Source of the DNA: Octopus bimaculoides
Lineage: Eukaryota
Direction of reading: 5' to 3'
Assembly (NCBI RefSeq): GCF_001194135.2
Contig: NC_068985.1
Coordinates: 119,224,310-119,288,309, forward strand
Length of the DNA: 64,000 nt
The notes under the pieces are model-generated. The model did not search any database, was not told the DNA's origin, and saw only the letters and a list, made by a program, of their open reading frames with translations. The position numbers were made by a program, and so were the translations under genes. Each line of letters begins with the position of its first letter. The first letter of the stretch is position 1. Positions 1-12,988 of the stretch are shown piece after piece.

Positions 1-200
1 TGTATATAAGTTCAAAAAAAGGTAAAAGACAAAAAACAACAATGTGAGGATGTGATACAGATTGTGTTACTAGATACTCGGGAAAGGAAAGAGAGAGAGA
101 GTATGACGTTTCGAGCGGAGCTCTTTGTCGGAAACAAGGAAAGTCCAAAGAAGGGAAAAACGGAGGAAGAAAAAATCACCACCGATGTCCACAAGGTTAT
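1..200 (-). mobile_element. Penelope-associated repeat end with degenerate hammerhead-like motif
   Basis: Minus strand of 105-135 reads GTTTC-CGACAAA-GAGC(TCC)GCTC-GAAACGTC, the layout of the minimal hammerhead cores described in Penelope-like elements. Confidence 0.4.
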
Positions 201-330
201 ATATATATAATGTACTTTATTTTATTGTATGTTATAGTAGGCTTTAAAATGATTATATTATTAGATTAGTATTTTGGATATAGCTTTCTATGTTTACTCC
301 ATAAAATAAGGTTGTCCTGAAATTGAAGTT

Positions 331-511
331 GTGGTCCTATTGGTAAAATCCCAAATTTGTAATAATATTATGTATTTATATGTATGTATATGTATATATA
401 TATATACATACACACATGCACAAACACACACACACACACGTGTGCACACACATGCACGCATGCACAACATACATGCATACGCACGCACACACACACACAC
501 ACACACACACA
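331..511. repeat. Compound (TA)n/(CA)n microsatellite
   Basis: Direct reading of tata/caca runs; source of several spurious ORFs. Confidence 0.95.
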
Positions 512-1789
512 TTCAGGTACACAAAGTAAACTGTAAGATCTGAGCAAAGTAGTGTTGGTATGCATCAGCAATTAGTGAGTTAGAAAAATGAAGGAAATTA
601 GGAGCAGATGTGCTGAATACTCATTCGATCCTTGTTTGCTTTACTTTTCTTTTTTCAAAAATGTTTTTGAATCCTATTTTCAACAGCAAAGATTACAACT
701 TTGCCCCCAAAACAGCTACTCAAAGTTTCAAATACATTGCCCCTTTTCCCACTCTTCCAAAGTTTTTTGTTTTTCATTTTCCACCAAGTTTTTCTTTGTG
801 AATTTCACATAGAAAGATATGGAGATTAAGATTCCGAGAGAAAAAATTTATTGTCTAAATTTCAATTCTTTTAAAATCCTTAACTCTCTCTCTCCTGACT
901 TTTGGAATACTCACCTCAGCCCAGTATCAACATTCTGGATGTTTTTAAACTTGATAACTTGTTTCCACATGTGTGGATGCTTATCGAACCAGCAGACAAA
1001 ATGAAAGAGCAGCTCAATATGGTCACTTGACATACTTGAAATAACAGCCAAATCTCTGAAAAAAATAATTTTTAATAAAATTTCGTTCTATTTTTATTTT
1101 TAAATGAACCCCTTATTTGGTTATTGGAATAGCAGTACCTCCCATGCATGCTTGGATGCCTGTTGAACCAGCAGACACAAAGGAGATCTTATTGCGGTCA
1201 TTTTGACATATGAGAACTGACTACCAAAACTCAAAAAACAATTTTTTCTTTTTAAATTTCACTTTTTTATATCATCCCTGGCTTTCAGAATAAGGTCACA
1301 TGCCTCATAGAAATATAAAATGTTTCCGTACAGTTGTTCCCACTTCTCAAACCAGCCTACATAAAAAAATAAACAAAATTTCTTTGCCCTACCTTCTTCA
1401 TTAATGCAAAGGTGAAATGAAGCATGTATTCATACAATGCTGCTTTCTTTGCATAGAGTCTGACAAAATTTTAAATGTCTCAAATCATTTCTAAAACCAA
1501 CATTTCAAAGCAGTAATTTAATGTTGTCCAGTGAAACTGTTCACCCTTCTCAGTAAAAAGTGGTAGTAGGCATTCATTATAAATAGACCTGTGTTGATAG
1601 CCATGTCAGTGCTGATGTAGTAATTATATTGTGATACTGAGTGGATGTTATAATGATCCAACTTGTTTAGTTGTACAGTGCCAGATAGAACCATTCTATC
1701 AATGACTTTGGAATATAACAATATCTGTTAAAGCGACAACTGTCGTCAAAAGACAGATATAACAGTGGTAAAAGACCACTTTAAAACAG

Positions 1790-3425
1790 TAGCGATGAGG
1801 AAAAACAAATTTACTTGGAGTGAGAAAAAAAAATCATTCATATGGAGAGCTTAAACTAATTCATGTGGAAAATTAAATACCGCGATAAAAAAGAAACAAA
1901 AATCTTATCGTGCAAACTTACGAAGATCGTAAAATATGGAAGATTGTTAGCTGGGATAGGATAGTTGAGTTACAAAACCAGCAACAACAAAAATTGTAGC
2001 AGCAAATGTTACACTTAATGAAGTTGATAACCAATGCAGAGAAAACATTTTCACCTGACCATGTTGCAAATTCCATAAGCTAATTCAAATATGACCCCGA
2101 AAAAGGAGTAAACTTTGAGGCTTACTTTCGAAGATATCAGCAAATTTTTGAAAGAGAATGTAAGGGTTGGACAGATGATATGAAAACGTGTCAAGTCTTA
2201 AGAAAACTAGAGACAGCAGAGCATGAGAAATATAGTAACTTCATACTGCCAAAAAAAGGGTCTGACATAAATTTCACCAACACAGATGACATTAACTCAC
2301 TGTTTGGTACTAGATGGAAATGCTTAAACAGAAAAGAGCGAAGATGAAGACTTCACTACTTATACAGGCAGAGTGAACAAAGAATGTGAGAGATTTAGGC
2401 TAGATATGCTTACTCCAGATTCTTTGAAGTGTTTGGTTTTTGCTCAAGGATTGACAAGTAGAAGGGATGCAGAAATCCAAATGAAAATTCTATCAAAACT
2501 GGAAATGAATCAGAATTTGACATTGCAGAAACTGTTGGAAGAGTATGACAGGATATTAGAATTAAGGCATGACACAGAAGAAATTCAACAGAAAGAATGT
2601 TTCCACATAAGACCAGTGCAAAAAAGTCATAAGACAAAGCGTTGCAGAAAAAACAGAAAATATATCGGCATATAGACCCATGTATGGTATGTGGTGGGAT
2701 GCACCTGAAAAAATTGTCTGTATAAAAAAGCAAAGTGTTTTCGCTGCGGGCTTACAGGACATATAAAATTGCACTGCAAAGCTAGAATGATAAGAAAATG
2801 GATCAAACAAGAACAAATAAATAGTTTGTCAGCAGGAAAAGTTGTGACTATAACAACAGAAAATTTGTGAATGTGAAAATTGAAAATACTAGGTTCAGAA
2901 TGCAAGTAGACACAGGAAGTGATATCACAATAATAAATAAGAAAACATGGGAACAAATGGGTAAACCAAAATTATGTAGTTAAAACAAAATAGCGTATGG
3001 TGTTATAAGAAGAAATGACAAATTTATGAATGAGATAAAAAGAGAGCTGTGATCGACAAAAGGAAATAAAGAAAGGTCTCATGTAAAGAACCACCAAGAT
3101 GTGAATGTGTACTCTATATGTGATGGTGTACTAATGTACACTCAGAGGGTCATCATACCATAGACAGTACAGAAGAGGATGCTAAAAGAATTCCATGTGG
3201 GACATCTAGGCATCTCTAGAATGAAAGCACCGGTGCGAAGCTTCGTATAATGGCTAAGCATGGATAAGGAACCTATAGAAGGCTGCAGAAGATGAGCGCT
3301 GGCAGCAAAAATACCTACTACAAAATGTGAACCTTGGCCAGAACTGAAAATACCATGGTCCCAATTGCATATTGATTTTGCAAGCCCAGTAAATAGATAT
3401 TATTACTTAATTGTAGTGGACAGAA
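1790..3425 (+). mobile_element. Ty3/Gypsy (K02A2.6-like) LTR retrotransposon relic: gag, Zn knuckles, protease, integrase; RT deleted
   Basis: PBS-like TAGCGATGAGG at ~1790. Gag FEAYFRRYQQIFE and the 2373 ORF; CCHC knuckles (CMVCGGMH, CFRCGLTGH); protease MQVDTGSDITII at ~2900; integrase EFHVGHLGISRMK and LHIDFASP..YYYLIVVD at 3190-3420. Many stops and frameshifts. Confidence 0.9.
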
Positions 3426-3559
3426 CATAAAGACGGAAGAAATGCCACTAAGTATTTTGCCCGGCTCGGTAACAATTGTGCTAGCTCGCCACCTTTGATC
3501 ATGTAATTATTACATGACACTACCTACGAATATGTATATATGTATGCATGCATGCATCT

Positions 3560-4422
3560 CTAGCTTACCATCTCTAGCTTACCTTCTTTGAAGCATTGAA
3601 CATTCTTGACCTTAAACTACAAGGGAAAAACATTGACATTCTCACATACCATGACACCATTCAAACCTTCGTGGCCAAACTTGACCTCTGGAAATGTCGA
3701 ATTCAGCAGGGAAATACAGTCAGTTTTAGTTACTTGGATTCTGCTCTCATTCACGGTAATCTTGATTCTGAGTTAAAGAAACAAATAATCACTCATCTAA
3801 CTGATTTGAAAACAGAATTCATCAGATACTTCTCAGATATAGATGAAAAAAAGCATGAAGCTTGGAAATTCATCAGGAACCCATTTCAGTGTGAAGTGAT
3901 TTGATGTTTTGGATGAAGTGCAAGAGGAGTTTCTTCAACTGAAGTTCAACTCTCCAGCTAAGGAAGACTTCAAAGAACTAGATCTTGAAATGTTCTGGAT
4001 CGAGTACCTTCCTGTTTACCCTCTGATCTCACATTAGGCCCTTCAGATTTTAGCTATGTTTGGATCCACGTATCTTTGTGAAGCTGCATTTTCCATGCTC
4101 ATTGCTGTCAAGACCAAAAGTACAAAAACAGGCTGAACATTTAAAGGGACTTACGTTATGCCCTCTTTGGCATTCACCCATGCATTGAAGATCTTGTAGC
4201 TCAGAAGCAGTGTCAAGTATCTCACTTTTTGTATAATGTGATTATATATAAACTTATACATATGTTGTATAATGTGACTAATTCATATTCAATAAAAAGA
4301 CTAAAAACATTTTAGATATTATTTAAAATCTGGGAGGGAATTTCATTCACAGATGCAAGGGAGCATGGAGAGAAGGACAAATTCCTAGGAAAGGTATAGT
4401 AGTAAAAAGGTTAAGAACCACT
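3560..4422 (+). mobile_element. hAT (Charlie/ZBED5-like) transposase 3' fragment with right TIR
   Basis: ORF 3596-3904 (LDLKLQG..AKLDLWK..FIRNPF), then the dimerisation domain FW..YLPVYP..FGSTYLCEAAFSML; ends in AAGGTTAAGAACCACT, a hAT-type TIR. Confidence 0.88.
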
Positions 4423-4442
4423 ACCTAACATGCTGTCATCTG

Positions 4443-4447
4443 TTTTT

Positions 4448-4479
<32 letters not shown>

Positions 4480-4510
4480 TATTTCTTTCTTTCTTTCTTT
4501 CTTTCTTTTT
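4443..4510. repeat. (TTTC)n microsatellite
   Basis: Direct reading. Confidence 0.95.
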
Positions 4511-4544
4511 GCAATTATTTATATTTAGATAAGTTAAAATTTTT

Positions 4545-5410
4545 GATCTTTCTGATTTCCAGTGGTTGCAGTATGGGTGGCAGGAGCTTCAATCAGTAAA
4601 ACTACTGAATTGTTTAATGTTTCAAGAAGTATAATCTCTAAAATCATGTTGGTATTCTAAAACCAAGGTAAAAACATTCTCTGGCAGGTGTATTTCTGGA
4701 GAGTAGGCAAAGGTCACAGAAAGGGATCACAGAATAGTGAAACATATTGAATCAAAAAATTATCAAACTATGGCAACAAAAGTAACAACAGCTAAACCAC
4801 TTGGCCAATCTTGTGTCAACCTAAACCATTCATTGCGTGCTCCATACAGCTGGATATCAGAAGAGGGTTACAATTGCTAAACATCTCCTGTCCTCCATCA
4901 ACATTGATAAGAGGGAAAAAATGGTGTCTAGACTATCAGAAGTGGTCTAGACACTCAGTGTAACAATGTTGTCTTCTCTGATGAATCAACATTCAATCTC
5001 TTTCGTACTTCAGTGAACGTTTATGGCTAGAGATAGCCCAAAGAAGCCTTCAGCCCTGACTGTTTGGCCCCTGCCATGAAGCATGGAATTGGGCTTGTGA
5101 GGGTTTTGGCAGTCATATCATGGAATCCCTTTAGTCGTTTACCAAGGCAGAGTTAATGCTAAGGATTATCTGAGTATTTTGGCTGATCATATCCATCCTG
5201 TATTGCAAACATTATTCTCTAATGGTAGATCAATCTTCCAGGACAATAATGTACCAATTCACACAATTAATGTTATTCAAAATTGGTACAAAGAGCACAA
5301 ATGTAAAGTAAACCACTTGGATTATCCCCAATAATCACTGGGTCTCAATATAATCAAACATTTATAGTGCATTCTGGAGCAGCAAGTGAGGTGCCACTTC
5401 CCTTCACCAG
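4545..5410 (+). mobile_element. Tc1-like transposase pseudogene
   Basis: HTH-type GASISKTTELFNVSRSIISKIM; catalytic VVFSDESTFNLF (~4970), FQDNNVPIH (~5236) and a decayed SPDLNIIEHLW motif (~5335-5370); disrupted. Confidence 0.8.
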
Positions 5411-5499
5411 CTATAATTGCAAATTATTTGTAACTGAAAATTAATATGCCAGTGTTAGCCAATTTTGACTCTTGTCTCACCATCTTATATTGATTCTCT

Positions 5500-6300
5500 G
5501 GGACTGACATACAGACATCCTTCAATGCAAGTCCCAGTGATATGCGCTGCACATTTTAGTTTCCCCATTGGTTACTTCTGGACCAAGCTCTTCTCTCATG
5601 TAATCCAGCTCTGTCCATAAACCATTACATCTCCAATATCCTTGTTCTCTCTAGGAGTTGTTAATGATTTATATATTTTCAGCATCATACTCTGCTCAAA
5701 AGCTTTGGAAAGGGCTTGCACATGTCCTGCTGCACAAGCCTAAGTTCCTTTACCGATTTCCAAGAAATGTGCACCTTCTTTACTGAGATCATTCATCATT
5801 TTTGGTTGCAGAAACTAATTGTATTTCTACACTCTATCAACTGAAGTATCACGTCTGAAGGAGGCAGCATGAACTGAGGATATTCACTTTCAAAATCAAT
5901 ACAGATAGCTTTGACCAATCGTTTCTTAGTCATCGTTGTGAAAGCAAAGATTGATTTATTGAACATTAGTTGCACTTTATGAAATGAATAGCTTATTGCA
6001 GCTGAATAGGTTCTTCATTTCAGAACCAGTTGTTTGTTAGGTGCCTTGTCACATTGCTTGTTTCTATTGCACATCATATGTAGTAATGGTGCTTCAGATG
6101 CCTTTGTTTTGGTTGTATTCAATGAAGAAATTTCCTATGATTTCAAACACATTTGATGAACATCACTTTAGTTGTGATTTTCAACAACTTTTTGATATTC
6201 TGTTCCCCCATCAGTGTACTTAGTAGGTTGACAGCTGTAATAACCATCACATCTTGCTCATCCATTATTTCAATATACAATCTGTATCTTACTTCCTTTT
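5500..6300 (-). mobile_element. Very degenerate CR1/L2-like LINE RT remnant
   Basis: Minus-strand KAICIDFEK (an IYxDFxKAFD-like RT motif) near 5890-5915 and a C-terminal MLKIYKSL-like segment near 5660-5690. Confidence 0.4.
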
Positions 6301-6329
6301 GAGACTATCTTGGAACTTTGTCCTTATGG

Positions 6330-6790
6330 CTAGCAGGAACACTGGCTTCAAATTTTGGTACTAGGCCAGTGATTTGGGGACAGAGAGGGAGAAAGTCAAT
6401 TACATTGACCACAGTATACAACTGGTCCTTATTTTATCAACCACAAAAGGATGAAAGCAAAGTCTACCCCAGCAGAATTTGAACTCAGAACACAAAGACC
6501 GACAAAATACTGCTAAGCATTTTCCCCAGCATGCTAATGATACTGCTAGCTCACTGTCTTAACTGGCAGGAATATTGGTTTTGAATTTTGGTATAAGGCC
6601 GGTAATTTTTTGAGAATGGGGACAGTCAATAATTATATCCACCCCAATATTTAACTGGTCTTATTTTAAAAACCCTAAAAATATGAAAGGCAAAGTTGAC
6701 CTCAGTAGAATTTTAAATCAGAACACAAAGACCGACAAAACATTTTCCCCAGCATGCTAATGATTCTGCCTGAAATCCACTTTAACTGGC
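6330..6790 (-). mobile_element. Two tandem degenerate tRNA-derived SINE copies (family B)
   Basis: Both carry GGATGAAAG(G)CAAAGT..ACC..AG.AGAATT, as in cleaner family-B copies at 38046 and 52300. Confidence 0.75.
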
Positions 6791-7208
6791 CGGAATATTG
6801 TCAGATATTTCCCTTTATCAACTACATCTTTCTTTGTGACTCCCATAATAAACCAGCAAACTCAGTGGCTAGTTCTATCAGGCCTGTTTCTATACACACA
6901 GTTGAGTTCTTGGTTACTGATGAACAAGATTCAGTTTCTACATCTGTTCATAGGTTATAGAGGCTTTGCACTTACATTACTCATGAAAAAAAAAGTCCAA
7001 AATGTCTTTCTTTCTGTTCTATATAGGGTTATAATTGAGTTCATCAACTGGGTTTCTATTTAATGCCATTTGCTTGACTTTAAGAAGAAAAAAAAAACAA
7101 AAAAAACATTGTGTGAGAAAGTAGAGCAGTAGCATTCATAGAAAGATGTGATTAAAATCAAGGAGTATAATATTGGAGGATATGCATTAAATCATTGAAA
7201 AGTGAATT

Positions 7209-7292
7209 ATGATGATTATAATGAAGATGATGACGACGACAATGATGATGATGATGATGATGATAACGACGACAACGACAACAACAACGATG
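7209..7292. repeat. (GAT)n/(GAC)n/(CAA)n trinucleotide microsatellite
   Basis: Direct reading. Confidence 0.9.
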
Positions 7293-7729
7293 ATAGCAGG
7301 CACAAAATGTTACCTTCAGCAGAGAACCTACAAATTAAAAATTGCATCTAATGACTTTAATCTTAAAGCATTTGTCAACTTGTTGATGTTCATGTGACAT
7401 GTCTTATTTATTCATATTTTGCTGTCATCAAGTCAGTAATGATGTCAGTATTCTGTGGTAATGAGATAATTAGCCAACAGATGACACCCATGATGACACG
7501 GGACTGGTAATAAAGGCACATACGTTTTTTTTAGGCTCTTTTGTTTATGCATAACATAGTAAGTTCTCCTTTAGAAGTAAATGTTAAATAAATAAATTTG
7601 TCATTGCATGTTGTGGGAAGAAAAAAAGATGGTAAATTAATAAAATACAATTCATATAGTTTATACATTGAGTTGTTTTATTACTGCACAAGGGGGAGAA
7701 CGATCATTGCTCATGTATTTCATCGACTG

Positions 7730-7868
7730 GTATATATATATATACATACGTACATACATACGTACATACATTCATACATACATACATACATATGCACGCA
7801 CACACACACACACACACATATGTATATGTATATATGCATGTATGTATGTATGTATGTATGTATGTATG
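7730..7868. repeat. (TA)/(TACA)/(CA)/(TATG) compound microsatellite running into an N-gap
   Basis: Direct reading. Confidence 0.95.
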
Positions 7869-8239
7869 NNNNNNNNNNNNNNNNNNNNNNNNNNNNNNNN
7901 NNNNNNNNNNNNNNNNNNNNNNNNNNNNNNNNNNNNNNNNNNNNNNNNNNNNNNNNNNNNNNNNNNNNTTTTTTTTTTTTGCCAAATAAACACATTCATT
8001 TATAATATATCTTTCATCACACATCTGTAACCTCTTCTGTCTTTGTGAGTGCTCTTGCACAGGCCACAGATGTGTGACGCAAGATTTCCAGACAATGGAT
8101 GTGAGTTAGAATAAGAACAGTAATAAATGAGTGAAGAATGACTAAATAGTTTGTGTTTATTTGGCAAAAGCCCCCCAAAAATGACCATCCTGAAATACAA
8201 TTTATATATACATATATACATGATATACATATATACATT

Positions 8240-8299
<60 letters not shown>

Positions 8300-8304
<5 letters not shown>

Positions 8305-8478
8305 TCATCATCATCATCATCATCATTGTTGTTTAACGTCCGCTTTCCATGCTAGCATGGGTTGGACGATTTGACTGAGGACTGGTGAAACCAGATGGCT
8401 ACACCAGGCTCCAATCTGATTTGGCAGAGTTTCTACAGCTGGATGCCCTTCCTAATGCCAACCACTCAGAGAGTGTAT
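8300..8478 (-). mobile_element. RTE-type 3' end or RTE-tailed SINE with (GAT)n tail
   Basis: GTTTAACGTCCGCTTTCCATGCTAGCATGGGTTGG..GGATGCCCTTCCTAATGCCAACC, near-identical to the copies at 47897 and 49830. The RTE assignment is by recognition only. Confidence 0.75.
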
Positions 8479-8507
8479 ATATATATGTATATATACACAC
8501 ACACACA

Positions 8508-8552
<45 letters not shown>

Positions 8553-8589
8553 TATATATAGATAGATATAGATATAGATATAGATATAT

Positions 8590-8905
8590 CAGGTTCAGTC
8601 CCACTGCATGGCACCTTCAGCAAGTTTCTTCTACTATAGCCTCAGGCCAACTAAAGCCTTGTGTGTGGATTTGGTAGACAGAAACTGAAAGAAGCCCGTC
8701 ATATATATTTGTGTGTGTGTGTATTTATCCCCTCCTCACCATCGCTTGACAACCGATGTTGGTGTGTTTACGTCCCTATAACTTAGCAGTTAGAATAGAA
8801 TAAGTACTAGGCTTACAAGCAATCAGTCCTGGAGTTGATTTGGTCGACTGAAGGCAATGCCCTAGCATGGCCACAGTCAAATGACTGAAACAAGTAAATG
8901 AATAA
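8590..8905 (+). mobile_element. tRNA-derived SINE family A, 5'-truncated
   Basis: B-box GGTTCAGTCCC, GCACCTT(C/G)(A/G)GCAAG core, internal (TG)n and 3' CAGTCAAATGACTGAAACAAG shared with other copies. Confidence 0.85.
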
Positions 8906-9010
8906 ATGAATATATATATATATATATATATATATANNNNNNNNNNNNNNNNNNNNNNNNNNNNNNNNNNNNNNNNNNNNNNNNNNNNNNNNNNNNNNNN
9001 NNNNNNNNNN

Positions 9011-9215
9011 TGTGTTTGCCACCTTGGAATCCTCTGTGTAGTTGGTTGATCCACTACTCAGGAAGAGACTATTCTAGAGTACGTCCTGTCTGGTCTTCGA
9101 AACGTCTGGATAGAATAGAGACAGCTGATGAAGGGATATTCCAAGGGGCTTTCCGTTTTCCTATGTGTTCGTTCCGTTGTCTGTAGTTTATTGTTCTAAC
9201 GTCCTGTACCCTGAT
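9011..9215 (+). mobile_element. Penelope-associated repeat with degenerate hammerhead-like motifs
   Basis: CTCAGGA (9057-9063)..AGAC/GTCT stem..GAAACGTC (9099-9106), then CTGATGA (9125-9131). Confidence 0.4.
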
Positions 9216-10358
9216 ATGCATGTATATACACATGTAGATGTAAGTATGTACATATATGTGTGTATACATGTATATATATTCTTTGTATTATATATATATA
9301 TATATATACATATATACATATACATATATATATATATCTATATATATATTTATTTGCACCTCTATCACTATCTGTCTGTCTGTCTGTCTATCTATCTCTC
9401 TGTCTATCTATCTGTATGCATGTATGTATGTGTGTATTTCATATATTCATATAAGACATATTTAAGATATTTCTATGTATGTGAAATACAGCACCACATG
9501 CACACGCATGCTTGTGTGTGTGCGTGCGCGCGTGTGTGTGTCTGTATGTTATGAAAACACAAGCTCTGTGGTGTTAACTCTACCACAACAATCAGCATCC
9601 GGCTCCAGAAGGCTTGCATCAGGCGTTGTTCATAAGTCACTGCTGTTAGCAATGGCTACGCACAGTTGCTCTAGTTGACTTTTGTTTGTTCCATTGGGTA
9701 TCAACATGTTACGTCACAATGTTAAATATAAAGAAAATGATACCATGGTTACGTCAGTGGAGGGAATAGCATGAATAAATTGGTGACTATTTTATTTTGG
9801 TTTATCTTACGCTCTCAGTAATCAAACAACCAGCCAACCAATCAACCAACAAACAACCTCCATCGCCTACCCCATCATCATTTAACTATTCATTCAATCA
9901 ACCATAGAATATATGAGTAAAACCGATAACCATAATATAGTTTCCAGCGATTGATTATTTTCATGCGGAATTTTGGCTGCTAGAAGTGTGATTTCATGTT
10001 TTCCACCCGAAATATGTAAATAGACAAGTTAAAGAAAAGAAAAGAAACAAGCAGATGAATAAGCCACATTACACATATAGTTATTAATGTGTTCACACAC
10101 ACTCACACACACACATACACACACACACATACTCATACACACATGTCTGTTTTTATCTCTTTGTGTATGTGGCATGTAAATTTTACATATGCACACACAC
10201 ATATATGTGTGTTATATACATATATATATATATGTATATGGATATAAATATATACATATACACACATACATATATATATAAATAATCCTCTATTTGCCTG
10301 ATATCAATGTCTCATTCTTTTGTTGTCACTTTATATATTCACAAAACGAATATATAAA

Positions 10359-10402
<44 letters not shown>

Positions 10403-10879
10403 NNNNNNNNNNNNNNNNNNNNNNNNNNNNNNNNNNNNNNNNNNNNNNNNNNNNNNNNNNNNNNNNNNNNNNNNNNNNNNNNNNNNNNNNNNNNNNNNNN
10501 NNNNNNNNNNNNNNNNNNNNNNNNNNNNNNNNNNNNNNNNNNNNNNNNNNNNNNNNNNNNNNNNNNNNNNNNNNNNNNNNNNNNNNNNNNNNNNNNNNNN
10601 NNNNNNNNNNNNNNNNNNNNNNNNNNNNNNNNNNNNNNNNNNNNNNNNNNNNNNNNNNNNNNNNNNNNNNNNNNNNNNNNNNNNNNNNNNNNNNNNNNNN
10701 NNNNNNNNNNNNNNNNNNNNNNNNNNNNNNNNNNNNNNNNNNNNNNNNNNNNNNNNNNNNNNNNNNNNNNNNNNNNNNNNNNNNNNNNNNNNNNNNNNNN
10801 NNNNNNNNNNNNNNNNNNNNNNNNNNATATATATATATATATACATATATATGTGTGTGTGTGTATATATGTGTATATG

Positions 10880-10945
<66 letters not shown>

Positions 10946-11309
10946 CATATATACACACACATGTACACACATCACATACACTCATTCACACACATGCATA
11001 CACACATAGATACACACATAGTAAACTCTAAACCCTAGATTCAAAGAACTAACAGCAAGGAAGATGTGCCTATTAATAGTCTATTAAACTGAAGGCAGAT
11101 TTGTGGTTATTTTGTAATTGTTTACCATGCTGGTCCTTTTTACTACATAAATCAGATATATCCACTTAAAATTTTATTAGCCTTAACTGAAGAAATCAGT
11201 CTTATAAACCAAACAATCTTTTGTTGAGAGATGTCATGTTTGAAACTATTTCTTGTTGAGAGATGTCAAGACTATTGAAGCAATGTGCTTTGCAGAACAT
11301 ACCAATATA

Positions 11310-11468
11310 AGCACAGGCATGGCTCTGTGGTAAGAAGCTTGCTTCCCAACCACTTAGTACCAAGTTCAGTCCCATTGAATGGGCACCATGGACAAGTGTC
11401 TTCTACTATAGTCTTGGGCTGACCAAATCCTTGAGTGGATTCGGTAGACAGAAACTGAAAGAAAACTG
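11310..11468 (+). mobile_element. SINE family A, 5' half
   Basis: A-box-like TGGCTCTGTGG, B-box-like AGTTCAGTCCC and family A body. Confidence 0.85.
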
Positions 11469-11483
11469 TCATTTATTCATTTA

Positions 11484-11522
<39 letters not shown>

Positions 11523-12821
11523 NNNNNNNNNNNNNNNNNNNNNNNNNNNNNNNNNNNNNNNNNNNNNNNNNNNNNNNNNNNNNNNNNNNNNNNNNNNNNN
11601 NNNNNNNNNNNNNNNNNNNNNNNNNNNNNNNNNNNNNNNNNNNNNNNNNNNNNNNNNNNNNNNNNNNNNNNNNNNNNNNNNNNNNNNNNNNNNNNNNNNN
11701 NNNNNNNNNNNNNNNNNNNNNNNNNNNNNNNNNNNNNNNNNNNNNNNNNNNNNNNNNNNNNNNNNNNNNNNNNNNNNNNNNNNNNNNNNNNNNNNNNNNN
11801 NNNNNNNNNNNNNNNNNNNNNNNNNNNNNNNNNNNNNNNNNNNNNNNNNNNNNNNNNNNNNNNNNNNNNNNNNNNNNNNNNNNNNNNNNNNNNNNNNNNN
11901 NNNNNNNNNNNNNNNNNNNNNNNNNNNNNNNNNNNNNNNNNNNNNNNNNNNNNNNNNNNNNNNNNNNNNNNNNNNNNNNNNNNNNNNNNNNNNNNNNNNN
12001 NNNNNNNNNNNNNNNNNNNNNNNNNNNNNNNNNNNNNNNNNNNNNNNNNNNNNNNNNNNNNNNNNNNNNNNNNNNNNNNNNNNNNNNNNNNNNNNNNNNN
12101 NNNNNNNNNNNNNNNNNNNNNNNNNNNNNNNNNNNNNNNNNNNNNNNNNNNNNNNNNNNNNNNNNNNNNNNNNNNNNNNNNNNNNNNNNNNNNNNNNNNN
12201 NNNNNNNNNNNNNNNNNNNNNNNNNNNNNNNNNNNNNNNNNNNNNNNNNNNNNNNNNNNNNNNNNNNATATATGATATATATATATATATATTTATGTGT
12301 ATATGTTTCTGTTTTTGTCCACTCACCATCACTTGACAACCACTACTAGTGTGTTTATGTCCCTGTAACTTAGCGTTTGGCAAAAGAGACCGATACAATG
12401 AATACAAGGCTTACAAAGAATAAGTCCTGGAGTTAAGGTGGTGCTCCAGCATGGCCACAATTATATGACTGAAACAAATAAAAAAGAGTAAAAAAAAAAA
12501 GGAATTCTGTTTTTTTGCTTTTTGAAGATATTTAACATTATTGCTGGAATAATCAGGTATAAGGAGGTGAATGTAAGTGGAGTAGTGGTTGTAGGATTGA
12601 ACAGGGTGAGTAAGCAAGGGAGTTCAACAAAGTGCAAAATAGGAGAGGGGAGGAAAAGGGGAGTGCAGGAAGTGGTAAACACAGATGTATAGGGGCGTAG
12701 CAAGATAGCAATGTTACAGTTGACAGCAGGAGAAGAGAGAGAGGGATGAAAAAGCAGCCTTGGGCTGCAGGAGCAGGGGATGGGAAGAGAGACAAGCATA
12801 GTGAATGAATATATATATATA

Positions 12822-12988
12822 AGCGCAGGAGTGGCTGTGTGGTAAGTAGCTTGCTTATCAACCACATGGTTCTGGGTTCAGTTCCACTGTGTGGCACCTT
12901 GGGCAAGTGTCTTCTACTATAGCCTCGGGCCAACCAAAGCCTTGTGAGTGGATTTGGTAGACGGAAACTGAAATAAGCCCGTCGTATA
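12822..12988 (+). mobile_element. SINE family A, 5' half (young copy)
   Basis: GCGCAGGAGTGGCTGTGTGGTAAGTAGCTTGCT..GGTTCAGTTCC..GGCACCTTGGGCAAG; near-identical to 35360. Confidence 0.9.

Noticed and set aside
294-571. His/Thr/Cys/Val-rich ORFs suggesting metal-binding proteins (also 7598-8374, 9165-9554)
   Set aside because: They are translations of (CA)n, (TA)n and (CAT)n microsatellites in all frames.
915-1055. 141-nt minus-strand segment with good splice sites and one open frame (DLAVISSMSSDHIELL...)
   Set aside because: It overlaps a dispersed repeat that is locally duplicated at ~1160-1250, and no partner exons were found. At most an exonised repeat.
10294-12407. Long ORFs of 200-420 aa in the track (also 35452-36192, 38139-39429, 50968-51627, 53881-54845)
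   Set aside because: They are N-gap translations (X runs) padded by microsatellite dipeptides.
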